Shown here in pieces: positions 10,279 through 18,179 of a DNA stretch of 64,000 bases. A model generated the notes under the pieces. That model worked only from the letters and a program-made list of their open reading frames with translations. It was not told the DNA's origin and made no database searches. The stretch spans positions 32,001-96,000 of IMG/VR virus record IMGVR_UViG_3300033148_006239; one strand, 5' to 3'. The stretch comes from a virus. Positions within the stretch are counted from its first letter, which is position 1. The number at the start of each line of letters is the position of its first letter. Made by a program: the position numbers and the translations under genes.

Positions 10279-10486
10279 TACCTGCTTTTGTTACTGTAAA
10301 ATCTAATTTAATTTTTTCAATTATTTTTTTTGGTTTAATATAAATATCAACATAATTATCATTATAATTATCGTTATCGTTTAAATCAAATTCAAAATCA
10401 TCAATAATATCTTCATCTTTTAAGTCTTGCAAAAGCAATAATATTTTAATTTGAAATATAAAAAAATCAATATTAAATTTACTCAT
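10268..10486 (-). CDS. Small protein resembling the tail-sheath C-terminal segment
   Basis: VDIYIKPKKIIEKIKLDFTVTKAG resembles the C-terminal strand motif of T4-type sheath proteins. Confidence 0.5.
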   Translation of the reverse strand: MSKFNIDFFIFQIKILLLLQDLKDEDIIDDFEFDLNDNDNYNDNYVDIYIKPKKIIEKIKLDFTVTKAGIDE

Positions 10487-11057
10487 TAGTGTATGCCTTA
10501 TAAAGAGTATCTAATATATGTTTATAATCATCTACACTCATTCCACCATAAGATAAAACATAATTAGGATGATTTATTGGAAAAACAATTGCTTCTCTAT
10601 CATTATATTCAAATATAGATTCTTTATATAATTCTGCATCAAAAAATTTAGCAACTTGTTTACCTAAAGGAACGATTACTTTTGGTTTTAAAATCTGTAT
10701 TTCTTTTAATAGAAATCTATTACCACATTTATTAATTAATCTTTCATCAATCTTATTATTTTTTGTACTGCATTTAACAATATTTGTTATTGTACATTCA
10801 TTTAAATAATTGATCATTCTTAAAAATTCTAATCCAAAACCTCCATCAAAAGCAAACGTACCATATATCCCTCTAACATTTGATGGATTCATACCAACAA
10901 ATAAGAAATTATTTCCTATATGTAATCCTTTTAATTTACCAAACCCATATCTTATATCTTCTGTATTAAATTCTTCATCGCATAAATTTTTACATCGTTT
11001 ACATGTGCATAATCCGTAATAAAGTTTGTGAATCTTACTTTTCATATTTACTTTCAT
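10479..11057 (-). CDS. Uracil-DNA glycosylase superfamily protein (family 4-like, Fe-S)
   Basis: CKRCKNLC, FVGMNP, TNIVKC, KPKVIVPLG and HPNY motifs. Confidence 0.88.
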   Translation of the reverse strand: MKVNMKSKIHKLYYGLCTCKRCKNLCDEEFNTEDIRYGFGKLKGLHIGNNFLFVGMNPSNVRGIYGTFAFDGGFGLEFLRMINYLNECTITNIVKCSTKNNKIDERLINKCGNRFLLKEIQILKPKVIVPLGKQVAKFFDAELYKESIFEYNDREAIVFPINHPNYVLSYGGMSVDDYKHILDTLYKAYTNE

Positions 11058-12064
11058 AAATTACTCATTATAGTATCAAAAGTAAAAAATGGAATAATAG
11101 TATCAATCTTTTTAATTCTTTCAATATACATATTGTTATAAGGTGTTATTTTCAAATAAACATCTACAGGCATTGATTTTGCAATCTTAATTGCATTATC
11201 TGCATCGTCTTCGACAACAAAAGATACATTTTTTAAATCTTTAATTATTCTATGCTCTTTCTTTTCATCCCAAAAAATCATATCAATAGGTAAATTATTA
11301 CTTGTTATCCATTTTAAAGTATCAGAATAGATTCTACTATATTTATGATATGGTCGTGCAGTTATTAATACAGTTATATAATCTTTTTTATATAAATATT
11401 GTAAAAATTCCTTTGCTCCAGGAACAAAATCCATTTCGGCTTTAACACCTGATTGTCTATATCTATCTTTTAATATTAATTGTACTTCTAAATCAAGATT
11501 TAAAAAATCATTAAAATCAATTATTTTTTCATTAATAGAAACATTATCTAACATACCATAATTAGACATAATATTCGAATATTCATTAATCCATTTAATA
11601 AAAAAATCAGGCCAATCAGCAATAACTCCATCAATGTCAATAACTGCAATCTTTTTATTTGAATCGATATTGTTTATAAATTTTTCTTGATTATACCTTG
11701 CTTCAACAACAGTTGTTTTATTTAAAAAATTCTTATAAAAATCTTCATCATTAATTCCCCACAAATTACACAACCCAACAAGAAACTTAAATATATCAAT
11801 CAATTCTTCAGAAATATTTGATCTAATTATATCGCCATCAAATTTTCTATGCATTTTAAATGGCATTTCATGTAATAATTCACCTATTTCAGAATAAAGA
11901 TGTAAACAAAATTCCTTAGACCAAAAAACTAACTCTTCTTCAGTTAAATTATTTATATCAAATCCTTTATCTTTAAAAACTTGATTATTAAAGTCAAGTT
12001 GTTTTTCCCAAATTTCTTTTAATTTATTCATTTCCCCACCCATAAGCCATAACGTGATCAACAA
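11054..12064 (-). CDS. MazG/dimeric dUTPase-like dNTP pyrophosphatase fused to a HAD nucleotidase
   Basis: N-domain has SEIGEL...EELIDIFKF (ExxE...ExxD). C-domain has DIDGVIAD, ITAR and VEDD HAD motifs. Probable start MNKLKE at ~12031. Confidence 0.88.
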   Translation of the reverse strand: MLITLWLMGGEMNKLKEIWEKQLDFNNQVFKDKGFDINNLTEEELVFWSKEFCLHLYSEIGELLHEMPFKMHRKFDGDIIRSNISEELIDIFKFLVGLCNLWGINDEDFYKNFLNKTTVVEARYNQEKFINNIDSNKKIAVIDIDGVIADWPDFFIKWINEYSNIMSNYGMLDNVSINEKIIDFNDFLNLDLEVQLILKDRYRQSGVKAEMDFVPGAKEFLQYLYKKDYITVLITARPYHKYSRIYSDTLKWITSNNLPIDMIFWDEKKEHRIIKDLKNVSFVVEDDADNAIKIAKSMPVDVYLKITPYNNMYIERIKKIDTIIPFFTFDTIMSNL

Positions 12065-12989
12065 AATCTTTTAACTTATCACACAATGTGTGAAACTGTA
12101 TAGAATGATCCCATGACGCATATCTACCAAAACATTTTATATCACCAATATGATCTAAACAATGATTCTCTAAAAAATAGCCATACTTTAACGTACCATA
12201 TTGTAATATACCACTAGACATAAAAATCTTTTTAAGTATACAGACATTATCTCGATCAATTGATTCATACGTAATTGTTTTATCTTTATTATCTGTAACT
12301 CTTATAAAAGGAATATCTTTATCAGCATAATATATATAATCATAATCGTTAAACATCAAACCATTTATTTTAACAAAATATTTGCTTTTATATTCATATT
12401 TAAAATAAGGATTTACATCAAATAATTTACAAAAATCAGGAGCAGGAATTGTATTAATAATATATTCATGACTAGTTCTAATTGAATAATTATTATCTAA
12501 ATGAATTGCAACGTGATTGTTATCATAATAGTCAACACGTTCAATTAAACTGTTATAATATGTAGTACCTTGAGACCACAAAAATCTACAAATTGTTTCA
12601 ATAAATTCTTTCTGTGAAAAATCAAAATATTCAAAATTATTACCTCCCGACGCGGTACTATCATAGTGTTTTCCATCTCGTGTAATTCTTGAATACTCTA
12701 ATAAAAATTCTTTTGTTGCATAATCTTTAATTTCATCATTGTAACAGAAACCAATGTTTGTCTTTTTAACATTTTGCTTGATATTAAATTGTCTTAAAAT
12801 CTTTTCTACTTCATCAGAAACATGTAAATATCTCGGACCAAAAGCGTTCTCATATTGACCATATAATTTTCCAATTATAGTTACATTACAATTGAGATAT
12901 TGTTTTAAATAATAAGCCGTTAATAGTGCTGCAGGACCAGCACCAATAATAATTATATCATTCATAATTAATTTCTTATCAATGGGCAT
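12024..12989 (-). CDS. FAD-dependent enzyme, UDP-galactopyranose-mutase-like
   Basis: IIGAGPAAL FAD motif. GPRYLH, NTIP, YYADKDIPFIRVT and FGRYASW correspond to Glf-type GPHIFH, PYTRI and GRLxxY motifs. Confidence 0.75.
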   Translation of the reverse strand: MPIDKKLIMNDIIIIGAGPAALLTAYYLKQYLNCNVTIIGKLYGQYENAFGPRYLHVSDEVEKILRQFNIKQNVKKTNIGFCYNDEIKDYATKEFLLEYSRITRDGKHYDSTASGGNNFEYFDFSQKEFIETICRFLWSQGTTYYNSLIERVDYYDNNHVAIHLDNNYSIRTSHEYIINTIPAPDFCKLFDVNPYFKYEYKSKYFVKINGLMFNDYDYIYYADKDIPFIRVTDNKDKTITYESIDRDNVCILKKIFMSSGILQYGTLKYGYFLENHCLDHIGDIKCFGRYASWDHSIQFHTLCDKLKDFVDHVMAYGWGNE

Positions 12990-13536
12990 AATTAATTTGC
13001 CTCATTACGTTATTAGTTTTTACAAATAAACAAGGTTGTACATCATCATAATCAATAAAATAATTTCTTATACATTTCCTAACGTTTTCAAATTCATTAG
13101 TAATTGATGAAATACATTTACTTTTAATATTTGCAATTTCAGTAGCGCTAAATCCCTTTAAATAAAGTTCAATAATTTCTTTTGCCTTTACTCTATCTAA
13201 ATTATTTAACATTCTTTCAAAATCAATTGTAACATCTGCATCAGGTTCATCATAAGCAATTTGATCTTGATAATTATCTAAATTGGCGTTCTTATATTTA
13301 TAATTTCTATAAGCGTTGTCCATAATTTTAAATGAACTAAAACTCAATGTTTGATTTATAAAACCAGATAAACTACCCTTTTCTTCATCAAAGTTATTGA
13401 TATACTTTAATAATAATATTGATAATTCCTGCTTCGCGTCGTCAAACTCAACTGGAGATTTATGTGAAACTTTATATGCATATTTACATATCAGTCTATC
13501 ATAATCTCTAAATACTTGGTTAATGTCAATAATCAT
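12979..13536 (-). CDS. Phage RNA polymerase sigma factor (sigma70/ECF-like)
   Basis: Region 2 FDDAKQE...FDEEKGSLSGF; region 4 HTH LKGFSATEIA. Confidence 0.85.
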   Translation of the reverse strand: MIIDINQVFRDYDRLICKYAYKVSHKSPVEFDDAKQELSILLLKYINNFDEEKGSLSGFINQTLSFSSFKIMDNAYRNYKYKNANLDNYQDQIAYDEPDADVTIDFERMLNNLDRVKAKEIIELYLKGFSATEIANIKSKCISSITNEFENVRKCIRNYFIDYDDVQPCLFVKTNNVMRQINYAH

Positions 13537-13607
13537 ACAATCTCCTAATAAAATAGTAATTAGATATTACTACTTTTTTTAAAGTTTGTAAAATCTTTTT
13601 AAAAAAA

Positions 13608-14744
13608 TTAAATATCAATACCAGTTTCAAGTTTCACAAATTCAACTTCTGATTTTTTTTCAAGTTTTTTATGATCTCTCTTAATTGAATTAACTAATTT
13701 AATCATTGCTTTACTCTTCTTTAATCCTGCACAAATCATATACCCAGTAATTTTATCGACATTACTAGAATAGAAATAACTAACATACGAATTTGGAGTT
13801 CGAGTCATCACTTCAATTCTTTTAGAAATTAATTCTGCTTTTGTATTCATTGTATGTTTATCACTTCCCTTAGGTAAGACAATTGCCAATATATAATTCG
13901 TTGTTGTATTTATATCAAATGATCCATAATACATTGATTCTGTATTTAATTTACGTATAAACTCATCATCAATACCTTCATCCAATTGAAAATATCTGAA
14001 ATCAACAAACCCAGAATTTTTATTATAAAGTACCCTTTTTAAATCAGACATATCTATATTCGCATTATTACCACTTAAAAAGTCATAATTTGATTTAAAT
14101 GTAAAATCATAAAACATTTTTAAAGGATTAATAATGTGATAATTAATTCTATCATAATGTGTTTTCTTCATTTTAAATCTATCATATAGTAATTGATTAT
14201 CCGCAAGAATAACATTGACATAATCAATATCTTTCAAAAAGATATTTTCAATAAACCAATTAATTAATTTTATTGTATTGTTTTTTCTCTTAATACCTTC
14301 ATTCTTTTTTGGAGTTGAAATAATTACTAATATTTTTTTATTTAATTCAACCAATAGCTCAACAATAACTCTTGTAATTCCATTTCCACTACCCCCACCA
14401 CCTGATGTATAAATAATTATATATTCATCATCATCAACAATTCTTGGACCGCATATTTCTCCATCGACATCTTCATATTTTTCAAATAAAAATTTATTTA
14501 TTTTATCAATCTTATTTCTAGCTATCATTTCACCTTTATCAGGATCATTTCCAGTTCCATCTACACCTAAAAGCATAACATCTTCAATACTAAATAATTT
14601 GATATTATCAACTGCAGTATTAGATACAACAGTTTTTGTATTTTTAAAAAATTTACTATGTTGCTTTGCAAGCATAGTCCCACATTGACCATTACCAAAT
14701 ATTTTATCACTTATGGTTAAATCTAAAAACTGTTCCATTTCCAT
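13608..14744 (-). CDS. Tubulin/FtsZ-family GTPase (TubZ/PhuZ-like)
   Basis: GNGQCG T1 loop, GTGNDPDKG, tubulin signature SGGGGSGNG, PKKNEG, DN and IDMSDLKRVL T7 loop. Confidence 0.9.
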   Translation of the reverse strand: MEMEQFLDLTISDKIFGNGQCGTMLAKQHSKFFKNTKTVVSNTAVDNIKLFSIEDVMLLGVDGTGNDPDKGEMIARNKIDKINKFLFEKYEDVDGEICGPRIVDDDEYIIIYTSGGGGSGNGITRVIVELLVELNKKILVIISTPKKNEGIKRKNNTIKLINWFIENIFLKDIDYVNVILADNQLLYDRFKMKKTHYDRINYHIINPLKMFYDFTFKSNYDFLSGNNANIDMSDLKRVLYNKNSGFVDFRYFQLDEGIDDEFIRKLNTESMYYGSFDINTTTNYILAIVLPKGSDKHTMNTKAELISKRIEVMTRTPNSYVSYFYSSNVDKITGYMICAGLKKSKAMIKLVNSIKRDHKKLEKKSEVEFVKLETGIDI

Positions 14745-14745
14745 A

Positions 14746-15051
14746 TCAATTACCCATTTTTTGAATTTCTTTTAGCGATTCAAAGACACTTTTAAATCTT
14801 TCATCGTTTTCAATTAAAAGCTCAAACATTTCATCTTCATATTGAGTCATCAAGTCGTTAACACTCTTATAGACTTCATTAAAAGTTTTAATTCTTGATA
14901 GATATCTAATATCTTGAGATTTCATTGGATCATTATTTTGACTAGGTTCAACATGACTTTTAAAATATAAAAAATCATTAATCATTGACAAATAATTAAC
15001 TATATTTATTTTCAATATCAAATTTTGAGTATCCATAGTATTATCCAACAT
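14746..15051 (-). CDS. Hypothetical helical protein upstream of tubulin (possible adaptor)
   Basis: Tightly coupled to the primase and tubulin genes. Confidence 0.6.
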   Translation of the reverse strand: MLDNTMDTQNLILKINIVNYLSMINDFLYFKSHVEPSQNNDPMKSQDIRYLSRIKTFNEVYKSVNDLMTQYEDEMFELLIENDERFKSVFESLKEIQKMGN

Positions 15052-15979
15052 CCTTTAGTTTAATTTGTAAATCTTCATAACTTAATTCATCTGGATCACA
15101 ATCTATTTTAATCTTCTTTACAAAGAAATAATTACTAAGTTTTGAATAAATTTGACACAAATTTTTATATTTAAACTCATCTTCATAAACATCACCATCA
15201 AACATTATATAAATATTATCAATATCTAATTTAGTCAATTTATCAAATTGAATAGAAGACATAATTATACCTAATAATGCGATTGCATTATAACCATATT
15301 GTTGTAAATAAATAGCATCAAATTCACCTTCAACAATAACAATATAATCTGTTATCTCTTCTATATTGTTTAATCCAAATAACGCATGTTTAGAATCACT
15401 ATCTTTTAATTTTATTGCTTTGGGTTTTCTACCGTAAATAGATCTAGCATCATATGATATTAATCTATTTTTTTCATCATAGATGGGAATAATTATTCTA
15501 TTTGATAAAACACCTTTATCACAACATTTAATATTAAAAATATCAATATACTCTTCGATTATTCCTCTATCGATTAAATAATCTTTATACTTATCATACG
15601 GTTCTTTAAATTTTTCTAAAATTAATTCATCGTAAATCTTAACATATTCATAATTATTAAACTTTTTATTATATAAATCAATAATATCATCTAGCTTAAT
15701 CTCATCAATATATTGAGATCTTAATTTATCAAGTACTGTATAAATACTGCATTCATCTAAATAAGATAATAATTTTATTAAATTACCATTTTCACCACAC
15801 GACCAGCATTGAAATAATCCTCTTTTATAAGAAAAATCAATTCTAATTCCAAATGAAGGATTTGATTCACCATGATATGGACAACAAATCATCAAATTCT
15901 GATTAGATACTTTTCCCTCATATCCTCGTTGTGAAAGTTCATTAATAATATCAATATTTCTTAAATCAATATTCATCAA
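15041..15979 (-). CDS. dnaG: DnaG-type DNA primase
   Basis: CPYHGESNPSF...CWSCG CHC2 zinc finger; Toprim VEGEFDA and FDGD. Confidence 0.93.
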   Translation of the reverse strand: MMNIDLRNIDIINELSQRGYEGKVSNQNLMICCPYHGESNPSFGIRIDFSYKRGLFQCWSCGENGNLIKLLSYLDECSIYTVLDKLRSQYIDEIKLDDIIDLYNKKFNNYEYVKIYDELILEKFKEPYDKYKDYLIDRGIIEEYIDIFNIKCCDKGVLSNRIIIPIYDEKNRLISYDARSIYGRKPKAIKLKDSDSKHALFGLNNIEEITDYIVIVEGEFDAIYLQQYGYNAIALLGIIMSSIQFDKLTKLDIDNIYIMFDGDVYEDEFKYKNLCQIYSKLSNYFFVKKIKIDCDPDELSYEDLQIKLKDVG

Positions 15980-15982
15980 TAA

Positions 15983-16174
15983 TTATTTTTTAACTAATTC
16001 ATTATTTATATTTTTTAAAATATTTGCTAAAAAGCCAGGATGAGATTGATCATATTCATGCAATATATTTAGTGTTCTATCAATTTCATAGCAACATTTA
16101 GCGCAAATATCTTTAGTTATATTAAACTGATGTTCAAACATATCACCACATCTTTTACATTTAATTTTATCCAT
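15983..16174 (-). CDS. Small Zn-finger protein
   Basis: CKRC...CAKC. Confidence 0.6.
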   Translation of the reverse strand: MDKIKCKRCGDMFEHQFNITKDICAKCCYEIDRTLNILHEYDQSHPGFLANILKNINNELVKK

Positions 16175-16211
16175 ATTACTTATCTATAATATATCCTAAT
16201 AATTATTCAAA

Positions 16212-16430
16212 CTAATCAATTGAACGATTATTCCATTGTTCAACTAACTCACTTTTAGCTTCTTTATGAGTAGTCGCATTAATTGGATTATAAATTAACG
16301 TCGCGTTACAATCCAAACACTCAATCCAATATTTATAATATAATTTATCACCACTATGCATCGCATTTCTTCTTATTTTTAAATTCATACTCTTACAAAG
16401 AATGTTTGGACATGGCTGTAATTCTTTCAT
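16212..16430 (-). CDS. Lar-like restriction-alleviation family Zn-ribbon protein
   Basis: LQPCPNILC...WIECLDC...QWNNR matches the Lar-family pattern; GAGGT RBS. Confidence 0.65.
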   Translation of the reverse strand: MKELQPCPNILCKSMNLKIRRNAMHSGDKLYYKYWIECLDCNATLIYNPINATTHKEAKSELVEQWNNRSID

Positions 16431-16458
16431 TCTATACCTCTATATAATTTTAATACCA

Positions 16459-16610
16459 TACACCCGCCAGGATTACATACCCAGACTACATCTCACGGTA
16501 AATGCAGACTGCCGCTCTTTTTTAAGCCTTATACCACTCCTCGGGGACCGTACCCCCATTGAAGAGACTGAAAACCGAAACTGCACATGCGTTACTTCCG
16601 CCACGGGTGC
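16459..16610 (-). ncRNA. tRNA-like structured RNA with extended anticodon arm
   Basis: GC-rich island. Acceptor stem GCACCCG/CGGGTGT, D-arm TGGCGGAAGTAACGC, T-like arm CTGGG-TATGTAAT-CCTGG, ~100-nt structured insert, no encoded CCA. Confidence 0.65.
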
Positions 16611-16616
16611 ATTAAA

Positions 16617-17051
16617 TTATTCTTCTTGTTCAGGTAACATAATAAATATCTCATCTATCTCATTGATAATATCACCTTCATATGACATCCAATCTGCTAC
16701 CTTTTTAACTAAAACACCTAATCTTTGAATATTTAATTCAAGATATTCTATTCTTGAATCAAGACCTTCAATCTGTTTATCTTGATCTTCAGCCGTAGTA
16801 AGTAAAAGTTCACTATCACCTAATAGTGAATCATATCTTTTTTTTACTTTACTTAATTCTTTTTCATTTATAGCAATTTCATCTTTTAAAGTATTAATTA
16901 GTTTATTAGCATCATTTAATTCAATGTTTAATTGTGCTAATTCTTCTTTACCAGAACATTGAGATGTAACACATATCAATACTCCTACAAAAAATAATAT
17001 TACTATTAATAGTGTCATATCTATAATTTTTTTTCTTGTCTTGTAATTCAT
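16617..17051 (-). CDS. Membrane-anchored coiled-coil protein
   Basis: N-terminal TM helix followed by a long heptad coiled coil. Confidence 0.7.
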   Translation of the reverse strand: MNYKTRKKIIDMTLLIVILFFVGVLICVTSQCSGKEELAQLNIELNDANKLINTLKDEIAINEKELSKVKKRYDSLLGDSELLLTTAEDQDKQIEGLDSRIEYLELNIQRLGVLVKKVADWMSYEGDIINEIDEIFIMLPEQEE

Positions 17052-18140
17052 TTATCCCTCCAAATGTTTGAAACTTCTAAGAAATTTTGTATATTGATCT
17101 TTTATTTTCTTTAATTCATAATAATCTAATAACTCGAATGATCTTTTAGAATTTACATTTCTTTTAGTAACATTTACATCGACATATCTCATTTTCACGA
17201 GTTTATAATTTTTAATAATATGTTGTTTATTCTTTTTAATAATATCATCTTTACAATTGCGTATTAAATCTTTTACATTTTTATATTCTTTTGCATAATT
17301 CATAGATATTTTTTTATCAAACCCGTTAACTTTTTCTATTACATCTCCTTTTTGACCCATCAAAGAATTATAAATTAACCAACTATAATCATGTGGCTTT
17401 CTTAAAAATACATTATTATTATTCCCTTTCGGATGCATAACATGTATTTGTTTATTTACAATTTGATCAAAATCATCATCGTTGCTAATAACTAAAATTA
17501 ATTCATCGTTACTTAATCTCTTAGACAATTTCTTTGCAGCACTATAACATAAATCATCTGATTCATACCCATCTAATGCTATTGAAGTAATTCCAAAATA
17601 ATTAAAATACTGATGAAGAGTTTCAATTTGAATAGACAATTGATCCTCATCAGTATATTTTGATCCATCTCTGTTAGATTTGTAATTCTTATCAATTTCC
17701 CTTCTGAAATTGAATCTAGAATCCCAACAAACAATTAAATGATCAACATTGTTTTTCATTGCTTGTGATAATATAGTATTTAAAGCTCCATGTATAATAC
17801 CAGTTTTTTCACCTTTTGTTGTTTTCCATTGATTAAACGGTGGTCTTTTATATCTGAAGACTAAATTATTACCATCAAATATTATAGCCTTATATGTTTT
17901 TAATTGTTCTATATTCATATTAAATTTCCTGCATATTTCTTTTCTAATTGATTTAACACTTTGACAACTTGTATGAGCTAAATAAATAATCTCATGTGTA
18001 ATTTTATTATGTATTGCAATTGAAGGATACTTATAATGTTTAACAATTGCAATAAAATATTTTGAATCAAAATCTTCACACTTTCTAATTATATTAATTA
18101 AGCTAATACATCTTTTTGTTAAAGACTTTTTTCTTTTCAT
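17052..18140 (-). CDS. 5'-3' exonuclease / flap endonuclease (Pol I N-domain, T4 RNase H-like)
   Basis: FDGNNL, WDS..FRR...YKSNR, GYESDD, ISNDDDFDQ. Confidence 0.92.
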   Translation of the reverse strand: MKRKKSLTKRCISLINIIRKCEDFDSKYFIAIVKHYKYPSIAIHNKITHEIIYLAHTSCQSVKSIRKEICRKFNMNIEQLKTYKAIIFDGNNLVFRYKRPPFNQWKTTKGEKTGIIHGALNTILSQAMKNNVDHLIVCWDSRFNFRREIDKNYKSNRDGSKYTDEDQLSIQIETLHQYFNYFGITSIALDGYESDDLCYSAAKKLSKRLSNDELILVISNDDDFDQIVNKQIHVMHPKGNNNNVFLRKPHDYSWLIYNSLMGQKGDVIEKVNGFDKKISMNYAKEYKNVKDLIRNCKDDIIKKNKQHIIKNYKLVKMRYVDVNVTKRNVNSKRSFELLDYYELKKIKDQYTKFLRSFKHLEG

Positions 18141-18146
18141 AAAATA

Positions 18147-18173
18147 ATAACAACTTAATTAATATTTTAACAT
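18147..18173 (-). promoter_or_regulatory. Candidate phage-sigma promoter ATGTTAAA-N13-TGTTAT (copy 2)
   Basis: Exact motif; TGTTAT lies 6 nt before the ATG at 18140. Confidence 0.65.
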
Positions 18174-18179
18174 TAAAAA

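Noticed and set aside
13545-13600. Sigma70-like promoter (TTTACA-N18-TAATAT) with small inverted repeat upstream of the sigma gene
   Set aside because: Plausible, but too weak to call in such AT-rich sequence.
16459-16610. Canonical tRNA or tmRNA
   Set aside because: No 7-nt anticodon loop, non-canonical T loop and no CCA; too short for tmRNA and no tag ORF evident.
16402-16728. 108-aa plus-strand ORF
   Set aside because: Antisense to two genes and the tRNA-like element; better explained by the local GC-rich RNA structure.
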